This document shows positions 53,159 to 63,992 of a stretch of DNA of 64,000 bases, piece after piece (position 1 is the first letter of the stretch; every line of letters begins with the position of its first letter). The position numbers and the translations under genes are program-made. Source of the DNA: Nitrospirales bacterium (GTDB lineage: Bacteria; Nitrospirota; Nitrospiria; Nitrospirales; UBA8639); assembly GCA_963555755.3 (NCBI GenBank), contig OY820905.2:4000001-4064000 (forward strand), read 5' to 3'. The notes beneath the pieces were generated by a model, which was given only the letters and a program-made list of their open reading frames with translations, did no database searches and was not told where the DNA came from.

Positions 53159-54481
53159 TCAATGTTCCTCTCTTTGAGGCAAAACAGGTTTCACGTGGAG
53201 TATGAGCCCTTCCATTTTTGTGACTTCGATTTCCTGCCCGGCTGAGACGGGATCCGAACTGACCGCATTCCACAGTTCGCCATGGACGAAGATTTTCCCA
53301 TCCGGGGAGAAGTTGGTTTTAGCTAATCCGATAAGCCCGACCATCCCCTCGCTTCCCGTGGTCGTGCGACTTCGCAAGGCCTTCACGCCAAATCTTACGA
53401 CGAAGAAGGTAAACCCAAGTACGAGCGCCACCATCGGAAGAATCACTGACCAGGAAATTTGATAGAACGGAAAATCCTGATTCATGAGCATGACGGAGCC
53501 CAGGATCATGGCCGTGACGCCGCCAATTGCCAGGAGCCCGAAGCTTGTGACCGTCACTTCCAGCATCAACATGACAATTCCCAAGATAAACAGCAAGACC
53601 CCGGCATAGTTGACCGGCAGTGATTGAAGCGAATAAAACGCGAGGATCAGACTGATCGCGCCCACCACGCCAGGTAAAATCGCGCCAGGATTATACAGTT
53701 CCGCAATCAATCCGATCGTGCCAATGGTCATCAGCACGAACGCGATATTCGGATTGCTGATCACCTGAAGGGCTTCTAACCGCCAACTCATGGGAAAGGC
53801 TTGTCTCGCAGCGCTTTTGGTTTTTAGCGTCACCGTCTTCGCTCCCATCTGCACGTCCCATCCTTCAAGCTGTGCCAGTAAGTCATCGAGATCCTGAGCG
53901 ATCAGGTCAATCAACCCAAGCTCCTTCGCCTCCGTAGCCGGAGCCGACACACTTTTTCGTACGGCATCTTCCGCCCATTCAGCATTCCGTCCGTGCCGCT
54001 CGGCAATGGATCGAATATAGGCCGCGGAATCATTTTCCACTTTTTCCTTCATCACGTCGTCCATCTCACCCCCACCCATGGCGACCGGGTGGGCGGCTCC
54101 AATGTTGGTCCCTGGAGCCATGGCCGCAATATGCGCCGCCAGGGTGAGAAACACTCCCGCTGAAGCCGCTCGACCGCCCGTTGGAGACACAAACACCACG
54201 ATAGGAATCTGAGATCCGGCCATGTCTTTAATCATGGCGCGCATGGATGTATCGAGACCGCCGGGAGTGTCTAGCTGAAACACGAGGAGTTGAGCCTGCT
54301 GTTCCTCAGCATGGCGAATGGCGTCGTGAAGATATTCAGCGGTGACAGGATTAATAATGCCTTCGTATGTTGCAGTGATGATGGGCCCAGGCTGAGAAAA
54401 GGCCAAGTTGGAAGTGGAAAGGAGGAAAAGAAACCCCAGAAAGAATGCGCGGATCAGGGCACGTGGATAAGGAGTTCCCAT
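53159..54481 (-). CDS. nfeD: NfeD-family membrane serine protease (long form)
   Basis: [22 protein letters not shown]-terminal OB fold VHGELWNA; adjacent to SPFH gene. Confidence 0.92.
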   Translation of the reverse strand: MGTPYPRALIRAFFLGFLFLLSTSNLAFSQPGPIITATYEGIINPVTAEYLHDAIRHAEEQQAQLLVFQLDTPGGLDTSMRAMIKDMAGSQIPIVVFVSPTGGRAASAGVFLTLAAHIAAMAPGTNIGAAHPVAMGGGEMDDVMKEKVENDSAAYIRSIAERHGRNAEWAEDAVRKSVSAPATEAKELGLIDLIAQDLDDLLAQLEGWDVQMGAKTVTLKTKSAARQAFPMSWRLEALQVISNPNIAFVLMTIGTIGLIAELYNPGAILPGVVGAISLILAFYSLQSLPVNYAGVLLFILGIVMLMLEVTVTSFGLLAIGGVTAMILGSVMLMNQDFPFYQISWSVILPMVALVLGFTFFVVRFGVKALRSRTTTGSEGMVGLIGLAKTNFSPDGKIFVHGELWNAVSSDPVSAGQEIEVTKMEGLILHVKPVLPQREEH

Positions 54482-54492
54482 GTTCTGGTTAA

Positions 54493-54649
54493 GGGTTCGC
54501 ACAAGAATAACTTCCCATGTTTGGGCGTTGATCCATCCCGTCTGGCGGCGTTGCTCGTCCTTTCCATACGAGGAGTATGCGCAGTCCTCCCGCCTTGCCA
54601 GACAGGTGTCTCAGCACCCAAACATGGGAAGTTATTCTTGCGCGAACCC
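54493..54649. mobile_element. MITE-like element, family C
   Basis: TIR GGGTTCGC(A/G)CAAGAATAACTTCCCATGTTTGGG; TAA duplication. Confidence 0.85.
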
Positions 54650-54833
54650 TAAGTAACGGACCGCGGATAGTCTGAAAAAGGCATACAGTCAATATGAGAA
54701 AAACCTCCTAGAGAAATGATCTTACGACCCTCCCAGGGAGGTGTCAAGAAATCATATGGGTGCGTGACTCAGGACGACACTGTAGAAGCGCGTTCCTTGC
54801 AACCCGCACAATGGCTACTTAGAATGGCGAATA

Positions 54834-55745
54834 ATGAAAGTCTTTGAAGACGGCAAACGGGTCCACCTCGTCGATAAAAAAGGGCGGCACTATGCCCTGA
54901 CCTTAAAGGCCGGGGAGACCTTTCAGCATAGCGGTGACACGATTGCTCATGATGAGATAATCGGAAAATCAGATGGGTCGCTCATTGTCTTGTCTCGCGG
55001 GAAGAAGATGCTCGCGTTATCGCCTACCCTCGCGGAATACACTCTGAAGATGCCCAGAGGTGCCCAAGTCCTCTATCCAAAAGATCTGGCCCTGATCACG
55101 ATGTGGGCCGATATCTATCCTGGTGCGAGAGTGTTCGAAGCTGGGGTGGGGTCGGGTGCCTTAACGATTGCGTTGTTACAGGCTGTGGGAGAACCCGGTT
55201 CAGTGGTGAGTTATGAGCGCCGAGACGACTTTGCGAGAACCGCGATGCGAAACATTGAACGATTTCTTGGCCCAGTGTCGAATTTCCAGCTCCTCCAACG
55301 CGATGCTCATGAAGGGATTGATTGTGAGTCAGACGAGGGTGAGAAGCTCTTTGACCGAGTCGTTCTTGATCTTCCGGAACCGTGGCATGTGGTGCCTCAT
55401 GCGGCGAAGGCCCTCCGGCTAGGTGGCATTTACCTCAGTTTTGTGCCCACGGTGCCCCAAATCACCCAAACAGTCGATGCGCTGAATCACACCCGAGCCT
55501 TTGGGTTGATCGAGACATTTGAGTCGTTCACGCGCAACTGGAATATTCAAGGTCGCAGTGTGCGGCCGGACCTTCGCATGATTGCGCATTCAGGATTTAT
55601 AACGGTCGCTCGACGCGTGGAACAGGTCATGGATGCCCCGTCCGAACCGAGCGAAAACATTTCCCCACAAACCGAGGAGGATGGCGAGACCACACCTGAC
55701 TGGGATGGCGGGCAGGCGAAACGCAGAGGAGTGAAAATTTCATGA
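54834..55745 (+). CDS. trmI: tRNA (adenine-58-N1)-methyltransferase
   Basis: MPRGAQVLYPKD, EAGVGSGAL, LDLPEPW, RPDLRMIAHSGF. Confidence 0.93.
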   Translation: MKVFEDGKRVHLVDKKGRHYALTLKAGETFQHSGDTIAHDEIIGKSDGSLIVLSRGKKMLALSPTLAEYTLKMPRGAQVLYPKDLALITMWADIYPGARVFEAGVGSGALTIALLQAVGEPGSVVSYERRDDFARTAMRNIERFLGPVSNFQLLQRDAHEGIDCESDEGEKLFDRVVLDLPEPWHVVPHAAKALRLGGIYLSFVPTVPQITQTVDALNHTRAFGLIETFESFTRNWNIQGRSVRPDLRMIAHSGFITVARRVEQVMDAPSEPSENISPQTEEDGETTPDWDGGQAKRRGVKIS

Positions 55746-55776
55746 TGTGTCTGCGGTTGTGACGCCTTCGAGGTGT

Positions 55777-56163
55777 ATGAAAACCATTCTTATCGCCGAT
55801 GATGAAGAAGACATTCGTGCCCTTCTTCTCATGACGTTGGAAGATCCGGCCTATCGGCTGATCGAAGCTTCTGACGGTGAATCCGCGCTCAACCTCATCA
55901 AAACCGACCCCCCCGATGCGGTGATTCTCGACTGGATGATGCCCAAGAAAAATGGCATCGATGTCGCCCGCGCCATGCAAGACCATCCTCGGCTCAAACA
56001 CATTCCGATCATCATGCTGACGGCTAAAGATCAGCCGTGTGATCAAGAACGTGGTCAAGAAGTCGGGGTCTATGCGTACTTTGTGAAGCCCTTTAGTCCT
56101 CTTCGATTGTTGGAGGCCATTCATGAGGTGTTGGCGAAAATCCAGGTTACCTCACCAGGCTAA
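55777..56163 (+). CDS. Single-domain response regulator
   Basis: ILIADDE, LDWMMP, MLTAK, KPFSP. Confidence 0.93.
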   Translation: MKTILIADDEEDIRALLLMTLEDPAYRLIEASDGESALNLIKTDPPDAVILDWMMPKKNGIDVARAMQDHPRLKHIPIIMLTAKDQPCDQERGQEVGVYAYFVKPFSPLRLLEAIHEVLAKIQVTSPG

Positions 56164-56169
56164 CCATCC

Positions 56170-57012
56170 ATGAAACTCTCTTCGACGTTCGTGCCAGATG
56201 ATGATTTGAACATACAACTCAGTGCGGCTAAGTCGCAGTTGGCCCTTTATGCCAAAGATCTGAACGAACTGCTGGTTCGCGAGCAGAAGAAATCGAGAAA
56301 ACTCGAGGCGACAAATAAACAGATGCAGGCGTATGCACAAGATTTACAAGCTGCGTATCACGCGGAACGCCGAAAGACCTCTGAACTCGAAAAAGCATAC
56401 GCCGATACGGTCGTCCGGCTCACGCTCGCGTCACGATATAAAGACGAAGAAACCGGAACGCATATTCAACGGTTGAGCCATTATTCCAAGTCACTGGGGT
56501 TGTGTGTTGGGCTCAGCGAAGACGAAGCCCAACTTATTTTTGATGCGGCGCCGATGCACGATGTGGGCAAGGTCAGCATCCCGGACATGATCATGCAGAA
56601 ACGTGGGCCTTTGAATGAGCAGGAATGGGAAATCGTTAAACGACACCCGGTATTCGGAGCCAATCTGTTAGCAGGATCGCCCTCGCAGTTGTTGGAGACC
56701 GCAAGGGAAATTGCGCTGACGCATCATGAACGCTGGGATGGGACGGGCTATCCCCAAGGTTTGAAGGGAAACGATATTCCCCTTGGCGGGCGCCTGGTCA
56801 TGTTGGTCGATACCTATGATGCCTTGCGCAGTCGACGGCCGTATAAGCCGGCGTTCACTCATACCAAGGTGTGCGACATCATGCTCCATGGCGATGACCG
56901 AACGCGGCCCACGCATTTCGATCCACAGTTGCTCGACGCGTTTCGAGAAATCCACGAACAATTTGATGTGATTTTTTCAGAGATCGCGGAGGAGGGAACG
57001 GCTGAAGGCTGA
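56170..57012 (+). CDS. HD-GYP cyclic-dinucleotide phosphodiesterase with coiled-coil N-terminus
   Basis: ETGTH, MHDVGK, HHERWDGTGYP, DTYDALRSRRPYK. Confidence 0.93.
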   Translation: MKLSSTFVPDDDLNIQLSAAKSQLALYAKDLNELLVREQKKSRKLEATNKQMQAYAQDLQAAYHAERRKTSELEKAYADTVVRLTLASRYKDEETGTHIQRLSHYSKSLGLCVGLSEDEAQLIFDAAPMHDVGKVSIPDMIMQKRGPLNEQEWEIVKRHPVFGANLLAGSPSQLLETAREIALTHHERWDGTGYPQGLKGNDIPLGGRLVMLVDTYDALRSRRPYKPAFTHTKVCDIMLHGDDRTRPTHFDPQLLDAFREIHEQFDVIFSEIAEEGTAEG

Positions 57013-57070
57013 AGGCTGAAGAGCTGAAGGCTACACTCATAATATGATCCCCCCTAACAGCCTTCAGCCT
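57001..57070. repeat. GCTGAAG heptamer repeats with inverted copies
   Basis: GCTGAAG x4 at 57001-57030; CAGCCTTCAGCC at ~57058-57069, between convergent genes. Confidence 0.6.
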
Positions 57071-57098
57071 ATCCACCTGAGTTACGGCTGCTGATGGA

Positions 57099-57533
57099 TT
57101 ACCGACGGACCGTTTGAACGGGATACCCAGCCTCGGCCCAGGCATTCATGCTGCCTGCCACATTATAGACGTGTGTATACCCAAGGCCGGCCAATGTTTC
57201 GGCGGCAATATTGCTTCGGTGTCCAGACTGACAGTACACCACAATGTGATCTTCGAATCGTGCGCCGATTTCCTGATGCCGCGCGCCGATTTCCCGAAAA
57301 TCAATGTTCCGGTCGGTGCCCGGAATAAATCCCATGCTATGCTCATCTGCTGTCCGAACATCAATCAGAGTGAAACCTTTTTGAGCGAGGTTGGGTGCTT
57401 TGTTTAATCCACCGTTCAGTTCATGGACGGTGAGCAAGTACGTATCGTTGGCCGCGGAAACAACGTTCCCGGTTGAGACAACAAAGGTGCTGCATATAAA
57501 GAATAGTGCCAGAGATGTTTTCCAATTAATCAT
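57099..57533 (-). CDS. Exported rhodanese-domain protein
   Basis: LIDVRT..EH..GFIPG, YCQSGHRS, GSMNAW. Confidence 0.9.
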   Translation of the reverse strand: MINWKTSLALFFICSTFVVSTGNVVSAANDTYLLTVHELNGGLNKAPNLAQKGFTLIDVRTADEHSMGFIPGTDRNIDFREIGARHQEIGARFEDHIVVYCQSGHRSNIAAETLAGLGYTHVYNVAGSMNAWAEAGYPVQTVRR

Positions 57534-57585
57534 GGGACCCTCCATTCGGTTCAACGGGTAGAATCCGTTCTTCTGAGAAACAGCG

Positions 57586-57942
57586 ATGTGGGAATCGAAG
57601 CGCTTGATACAATATCGTATGCCCTGTCTTTATCAATGGTCAAGAGTCTGGATCGTCTTTGGGGTGTTTCTGCTGGCGGGGTGCGGGGATGGCCTCAAAA
57701 TGGTTCGCGAAGGGGATCGTACGGGTGTGATGACGTATCTCTACAAAGGACCAGACGGTCATATGTTCACCCCACGGAGAGGAGAAGCATTTCAGGAAAT
57801 TCAAGAGTTTTGCCGAGGGCCTTTTGATGTGGTGCGTGAAGGCCAGACCAAAGGTCGCCAACGGGTGGTGGAAGGGGTAGTCGGGTCGGACATCATTGTG
57901 GAAAACTGGTGGGGCATTCGGTTCCAATGCGTGGATTCGTAG
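57586..57942 (+). CDS. Hypothetical lipoprotein (start uncertain)
   Basis: LLAGC lipobox. Confidence 0.7.
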   Translation: MWESKRLIQYRMPCLYQWSRVWIVFGVFLLAGCGDGLKMVREGDRTGVMTYLYKGPDGHMFTPRRGEAFQEIQEFCRGPFDVVREGQTKGRQRVVEGVVGSDIIVENWWGIRFQCVDS

Positions 57943-57955
57943 CTTTAAGGGTAGG

Positions 57956-58534
57956 CTAGGATGCTGGGGCGGGTTTAGCCGCTTTTAAATCTTCCAATGT
58001 TAAGAGACTCATCAGCGAAACCCCTTCTGCTTCGACTTTGCTTTTCCCCTCCTGTTCCTGTCGATCCACGATGACCATCGCATGGGATGCATGAAGCTTC
58101 GCCTCCTCCACGGCACGAAGAGCTTGCAAAATTGACCCACCGCTAGTCAGAACATCATCGACAACTAACACCCGATCATTGGCGTTCACAGCACCTTCAA
58201 TTCGTTTCCCCAGCCCATGGTCTTTCGCCTGTTTTCGGACGAAAAATGTGCGGTAGGTTCTCGAAGGTTGAGTCGCGAAGGCATAATCGGATATAGCTGT
58301 GGCTAGGGGAATGGCGCCAATCTCCAAGCCGCCCACGGCTTCAAACGAGAGGTGGTGAATGGCGGCACAAGCCAGGTTGGCCACGAGCCACCGGGCATCG
58401 GGGTGAGCTAACAGTGCACGGCAGTCCACGTAATAGGGACTCTTTTTCCCCGAGGCAAGGAGAAATCCCTCATCGGGGTCCCATTTAAACGCTTCGTACT
58501 TCCAGAAAAACGCTGCCAGTTGTTCTTTGTACAT
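57956..58534 (-). CDS. pyrE: Orotate phosphoribosyltransferase
   Basis: LASGKKSPYYVDCR, RKQAKDHG, VVDDVLTSGGS. Confidence 0.95.
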   Translation of the reverse strand: MYKEQLAAFFWKYEAFKWDPDEGFLLASGKKSPYYVDCRALLAHPDARWLVANLACAAIHHLSFEAVGGLEIGAIPLATAISDYAFATQPSRTYRTFFVRKQAKDHGLGKRIEGAVNANDRVLVVDDVLTSGGSILQALRAVEEAKLHASHAMVIVDRQEQEGKSKVEAEGVSLMSLLTLEDLKAAKPAPAS

Positions 58535-58649
58535 GGAAAAGAGGTGCCGGTTGAATGAATAATATTCACCTTTTCTATCATTCAACGATCAACAAAGGCA
58601 AAGGTGAACCGCATAGTCTCGAAACACGCGGTGATGGAGAAACTCAAAG

Positions 58650-59501
58650 ATGTTTAGAATTAGAAAACGCCCCATAAAGCCTGAGAAAGACCCGGAGCTG
58701 TACAACGTGTTGGAGAATTACACGGATTTCGATCCTCCAGGAAATGTCATGGTGTGTGCCATGACCTGCGACGAAGACATCGAGCATCATGCGAAAATCC
58801 TGGGAGGAAGTTATGGGATTCCCGTTGAAGACATCCAGGCCTTGCTGGAGACAGGTGGGCTGTATACGTATCCGCAGTCAGGAGGTGTGGTCACCCGAGG
58901 GTTGTTTGTGTGCAAGGTCGATCCGACAGGTGAGGCGCCTAAACAAACCTGGGTATTGGATTTGCAACAAACAGCAGAAACCGAGCAATTGGCGCGGTTT
59001 TCAGACATTACCCTGATTGAAGCTGCCGAGCGTGTGTTTTATCGTGGTTTGCCCAAAGAATTGCAAACCCGACTCACACAAAAAAATCTGGGGCTGGATT
59101 ATTCCAAGCTCGATCGGTCTGTGGCCAAAGGTGGGGACATCACCTATATCGATTTTCGAAAAGATTGGTCCCCGTATTTCAAACGCAAATGCACCATGCC
59201 CAATGGATCAATGGTGGAGACTGGAGGCATTCAGGAATTCGCGACGTTGCATGGAATTACGGTTTCGCAAGCCGAAGAGCTGATGGATCAGGGCGGGACA
59301 CTCGAAATTGAAGATGGTGTGCTCGCATGTCAGGTGATCAACAACCAACCCACCGTCGCGCGATTCAATAGCAAACAATACGCCAAAGCCAAAGAGTTAA
59401 TGGAATCCAAAGACCTGCATATCATGGATGCGTTGAGCGAAATGGCGCTCAATGATCCTATTTTGATGCGTGCGCTTCGACGTATCGAGCGAGAGAATTA
59501 A
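58650..59501 (+). CDS. Hypothetical protein with internal repeat
   Basis: 283-aa ORF, RBS GGAG. Confidence 0.8.
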   Translation: MFRIRKRPIKPEKDPELYNVLENYTDFDPPGNVMVCAMTCDEDIEHHAKILGGSYGIPVEDIQALLETGGLYTYPQSGGVVTRGLFVCKVDPTGEAPKQTWVLDLQQTAETEQLARFSDITLIEAAERVFYRGLPKELQTRLTQKNLGLDYSKLDRSVAKGGDITYIDFRKDWSPYFKRKCTMPNGSMVETGGIQEFATLHGITVSQAEELMDQGGTLEIEDGVLACQVINNQPTVARFNSKQYAKAKELMESKDLHIMDALSEMALNDPILMRALRRIEREN

Positions 59502-59536
59502 GACAGTCCTTGGTTTGCCTCACCGATGAACTGAGC

Positions 59537-59986
59537 TTATTCCCACCCAATAGGTTTATACCCTCGATCTTTCAAGCAGGTGTTCACAAATTTTTTGTAG
59601 ACCTCGCTGGGACCTGATTTTCGAAGTACAGATCGCAGAAGTCCGCCTGTGGCTCCGACCGCCGCGCCAATGGCAGCTCCTTTTCCGGCTGATCCCTGTA
59701 TCGCTCCAATCACGGCTCCGGAAGCCGCACCAACACCGGCACCAACGGCTGTCCCCTGTGCCACTTCCATACCTTTGTTGCTTGAAGACGTATGCGCATC
59801 GGCTAAATCTTTGCACTCGGCAATGTCTAACTCTGCCTGCTCATGCCCAACGGTCTCAAAATGATCGTTTGGGTACAGCACTGGTTTTGGTCCCGCACAA
59901 CCCAATAGGAGCAATGACGTCAGTCCACCAATGATTATCATTGTGAACGGGTGAGTTATCAAATAGGTCGAATCTTCCATTTTCAT
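59537..59986 (-). CDS. Glycine-zipper lipoprotein
   Basis: LLGC lipobox; GTAVGAGVGAASGAVIG; CLKDRGY. Confidence 0.85.
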   Translation of the reverse strand: MKMEDSTYLITHPFTMIIIGGLTSLLLLGCAGPKPVLYPNDHFETVGHEQAELDIAECKDLADAHTSSSNKGMEVAQGTAVGAGVGAASGAVIGAIQGSAGKGAAIGAAVGATGGLLRSVLRKSGPSEVYKKFVNTCLKDRGYKPIGWE

Positions 59987-60110
59987 ATCGTAGTTATCTT
60001 AACACGACCGTCCCTCAGGTCCAGATGGAGTAAGATTGCTGGGTATTTAGTTGGAATTGTTTCGGAGATAAAGCGTGTAAAAGAAGGTGAGGTTTGATAT
60101 TCATTTTGGT

Positions 60111-61267
60111 CTAACTTGATTGGTCAGTCTCTCCCCGGAACAACTGCACGTAAGCGGCGAAAATAAAAAGCCGATTTCGTTTTTGTCCAGTCATCTCACG
60201 CAGAACATCAAGTTTTATGAAATCTGTGATAAGGGCTGCCGCGGTGTTGGTCTGCACTTTGAGGCGTTCGGCCACTAATTTGATGGTTACCACTGGGTAT
60301 TCATACAACAGTCGCATAAGGGTCTGAGCGTTGTGTATACGTCGGGCATGGAAGGTGGGCATGACTTCGCGTTCTAGACCTTCTTTGAGGGTGAGAATGT
60401 TCTTAAAGACCTGACTGGATTGAGCTGCTGTTTCGGAAATGCCCAGAAGAAAAAATCGCAACCAGGGTTCCAGTTTGTTGGTGGTTCGCACAGCCATGAG
60501 TTGATCATAGTATTCGGCTTTATGGCGCTCGAAAAAATCAGAGAGTAGAGCGCAGGCTTGTGCAACAGGCCGAAGCTGACCAAATATAAGACAATGAGTA
60601 GGCGCCCCAGACGTCCATTTCCGTCCAGAAACGGATGGATGGTCTCAAATTGATAGTGGATGATGGCAATCTTGATCAGGTGCGGCACATGGATGGCTTC
60701 ATTGTGCATGAACTGTTCAAGGTCACTCATCAAATCTGGCACGTGATCGTGGTGAGGCGGAATAAAGGTCGCGTGTTTGAGGTTGATGCCAATCCAGTTT
60801 TGGCTCGTCCGAAAATCTCCAGGAAATTTGTGTTTTCCCCGCACGCCTTGTAAGAGCACAGCGTGGGTTTCCTTTATCAAGCGATTTGACAAGGGTAGTG
60901 TGGGCAGTTGTTGAATAGCATAATTGGTGGCTTTGATATAATTCTGCACCTCTTGCCAATCCAGACGTTTTTCCGGATCGACATCGCTTTCATTGACTAA
61001 GGCCTCATCGAAGTTGGTCTGAGTCCCCTCGATTCGACTGGAGGTGGTTGCTTCTTTGGTGATATGCATCCGGATAAAAAAGTCTACATCCGGGATGAGT
61101 TGGGAATAGGCATTCAGTTCACCAAGGAGCAGAGTGGCTTCTTCTAGCAAGGTGAGAGTTTGTGGGTCTACTTGCCATTCTTTATTGATTGCCGTGGGGA
61201 GGAAGGTTTTGTATTCGTACTCCTGCTCGTAAGATCCTGCGTGGAAGGTATTGATATTTATAGGCAT
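60111..61267 (-). pseudogene. Fic-family protein, frameshifted near 60545
   Basis: [18 protein letters not shown]; the other frame continues [19 protein letters not shown]. Confidence 0.85.
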
Positions 61268-61629
61268 TTTTTCAGCATGGCTACAATTTGATATTGCCAA
61301 GTCATTTATGTCAATTTGTGACCATTAACTGACATAAGCGAAATTATATGTCAACTCATTTGTTGGTGCATAAACACAGATTCAGGGATGTGGGGTCAAA
61401 TGCGAGGTGGGTTCAGGCCTAGATATGGGGTCATTGTCGATTCGTTCTGTTGTCAGGGATATCCTCCATGCAGTGGCGGACTGATTGCAGGTGATAATCT
61501 CCTCTTTAACGAGGCGGAAATTGGGGTGCCGGTCATTAAAAAAAGGGTCAATCTTATTTATTAATTGATTGGGAAGTGGCCTATATTTTTTTAACGTAGA
61601 AATTGCAGTTAGGCGCGATGTAGTTCAAG

Positions 61630-62460
61630 TTATTTTTTCGCGAGCCCTAAGGGCGGGCGGATTTTTCGGATGATTTCTTTCATAAGAATTTTTTTCGGCA
61701 CCCAATTTGTGAGGAGGGACCAAAGCGTACCTTGCCATCCAATGGTGACGACCGTTTGATTTTTCTGTAAGGCCGCAAGGGATACCTGAACGACTTGTGA
61801 AGCCGTCTGCATGGAGATGGGGCTCGATGGCTGAAACCCCGCGGAAGCATGAAAGTCTGTTTCCGTCTGGCCTGGGCAACAGGCTTGTATGTGGACTCCT
61901 GTTGACTGTACTTCTTCGGCAAGTGCTTCGGAAAAGGAATTGAGAAACGCCTTGGTGGCCGCATACTCTGCCAGGTATGGCATGGGGAGCATCCCTGCAA
62001 TCGAGGACACGTTAATGATAGCCCCTGATCCACGTTCTATCATGCCAGGGAGAAACAGCCGAGTGCTTTCCACGACCGTTTGGATATGCAAATGGAGCAT
62101 CTCCTGAATGCGTGGCAAAGAATGCGAGACAAACTCACCGTATAACCCAAAGCCGGCGTTGTTGATTAAGAGGTCCGGCGTCGGTCGATAATTTCTGGCG
62201 ACCACGAACAATTGATGGGCGGATTGGGGTTGGGCCAAATCAAGGACACACACATGTGCGTGAATGGACTGGTTCGTCTCCAGTTCGTGCGAGAGTTGCG
62301 TCAGGCGTTCTTCATCTCGTGCCACCAGAAGAAGATCATAGCCTTGGCTGGCCAGCACACGGGCATACTCGGCGCCAATGCCTCGTGAGGCCCCAGTGAT
62401 AATGGCAAAGGGGGGATCCGATGTCGTCAAATCGAGGACTCTCTCTCCAGCCATCATCAT
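61630..62460 (-). CDS. Short-chain dehydrogenase/reductase
   Basis: TGASRGIG, NNAG, YAATK. Confidence 0.95.
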   Translation of the reverse strand: MMMAGERVLDLTTSDPPFAIITGASRGIGAEYARVLASQGYDLLLVARDEERLTQLSHELETNQSIHAHVCVLDLAQPQSAHQLFVVARNYRPTPDLLINNAGFGLYGEFVSHSLPRIQEMLHLHIQTVVESTRLFLPGMIERGSGAIINVSSIAGMLPMPYLAEYAATKAFLNSFSEALAEEVQSTGVHIQACCPGQTETDFHASAGFQPSSPISMQTASQVVQVSLAALQKNQTVVTIGWQGTLWSLLTNWVPKKILMKEIIRKIRPPLGLAKK

Positions 62461-62590
62461 CGTGATTTAAATCGTTCACGCCAAAGATCAAAAAAAGAAA
62501 TCGGACTAATTTCTACCAACCTCTCGGTTATCCTAGCGTGTCTTTAGGAAACGTCAAGGTAGCCGAAAAAGAAGGCGAAGGCATGGTTAA

Positions 62591-62750
62591 GAGCCTGTCC
62601 GAGATTAGACGAATCTACTGAGGATGCGCTGGTTTGAGTCAGATGTTTCGATCCTTTTCGTTGAATAGTCCCACTATTCGCCTCAAACAATCGAAACATC
62701 TGACTCAAACCAGCACTCCCTCGTGACGATCGCTAATCTCGGACAGGCTC
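62591..62750. mobile_element. MITE-like element, family E
   Basis: TIR GAGCCTGTCCGAGATTAG / CTAATCTCGGACAGGCTC; long internal palindrome; partial second copy at 48691-48786. Confidence 0.85.
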
Positions 62751-62788
62751 CTAGCGGGTATCTTCTCCAATTACTATAAAGGTTTCGG

Positions 62789-63592
62789 ATGATAATTGAA
62801 CAGGAAACACGGCGTGATCTCGAATACACGTTGGCAAAGATCGAGAGAGAGTCGGATCTGCTCGTGAAAACGGTGACGGATGCCGCCACCGCCGTGAAAA
62901 AAATTCGCAGCGCAGCCAGTGTGGGAGACTTTCAAAAGCTTCGAGCTGCGCTGGAGGAAGCAAACCAAGCCGCCTCCCGGCTTCAGCAGGGCTTGGAAGC
63001 GACGACCCATAGTTGGGAGTTTGATGAGGTGGCCTATCTGTCGGGGGTTGATTTTCAACAGGACATGTTGGTTATGGCCGAACAGATGGGGGTTGATCTT
63101 ATTGAGCACGAGGGGGTGTTGTTTGCCTACCCCGCGCTAGTTCGGATTCTTCCTAAAGACATGGCGGTCACCATCGATCGCGTTCGTGAAACACGGCTGC
63201 GACCTTCCCACTTGATCAAACGGTTAAAAGATTTACAAACGAGACCGTATCGATTCAAATCCCATGAATTTGTGGCGATCTTGTATGCGGCCTATTCCAT
63301 TGCGGTTGGGATTCGAGGCAAGCATCTTCTTGGAACCGGCATTGTGATTCCGTTAATGGAGATTTATGATTTATTAACGATGTTGCCGCGACAATCATTT
63401 GAGTATACGCGGCAAGAATTTGCACGAGATCTCTACTTCCTCGATAAAAGTGGTGTGACGAAAACGAAAAAGGGACACCAACTTCACTTCCATGCCAGTA
63501 CTGGAATCAAAGACGCAACCAAGACCTTGAGTGTGATTACACAGGGTGGACGGTTGCGGACGTATTACGGCACATCCTTTACTCCTGCGTAG
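62789..63592 (+). CDS. Hypothetical protein with coiled-coil N-terminus
   Basis: 267-aa ORF, protein-like composition. Confidence 0.75.
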   Translation: MIIEQETRRDLEYTLAKIERESDLLVKTVTDAATAVKKIRSAASVGDFQKLRAALEEANQAASRLQQGLEATTHSWEFDEVAYLSGVDFQQDMLVMAEQMGVDLIEHEGVLFAYPALVRILPKDMAVTIDRVRETRLRPSHLIKRLKDLQTRPYRFKSHEFVAILYAAYSIAVGIRGKHLLGTGIVIPLMEIYDLLTMLPRQSFEYTRQEFARDLYFLDKSGVTKTKKGHQLHFHASTGIKDATKTLSVITQGGRLRTYYGTSFTPA

Positions 63593-63783
63593 GAAAACGT
63601 TAGACGGTAGGCGGGAGTCGGGAGGTAGTCTATCTCTTTTCCCCTCTTTCGCCTCACGCCTTTCGTCTCACAAGGGTCACAAGGGGCATGAGGTGCTGTT
63701 GATCGAAGTTTGACTCCTTCAATCGATCCTCTTCTGGCCCGTGCAAGAATTTTGGAACCCTTCCGATAGCTTTAGGGGTAGGA

Positions 63784-63835
63784 GGCGAAAGGGCAAACTG
63801 CCTGAGAGGGCAGGACGCAACGCCAAGAGACCCGA
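63784..63835 (+). promoter_or_regulatory. c-di-GMP-I (GEMM-I) riboswitch-like aptamer, 5' part
   Basis: AAAGGGCAAA-CTGCCT-GAGA-GGGCAG-GACGCAA-CGCC matches the GGCAAA/GNRA/GACGCAA P2 signature. Confidence 0.7.
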
Positions 63836-63992
63836 GGGTTCGCGCAAGAATACCTTCCCATTTTGGGGTGCTGAGACACCCGTCTGGCAAGGTGCGAGGA
63901 CTGCGCATACTCGTGGTATGTACGGGACGAGCAACGCCGCCAGGCGGGATGGATCGACGCCCAAAGAAGGGAAGTTATTCTTGCGCGAGCCC
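63836..63992. mobile_element. MITE-like element, family C (inverted relative to 54493-54649)
   Basis: GGGTTCGCGCAAGAATA ... TATTCTTGCGCGAGCCC; internal sequence homologous. Confidence 0.85.

Noticed and set aside
63734..63751. Sigma54 promoter (CTGGCCCGTGCAAGAAT)
   Set aside because: No GC at the -12 position
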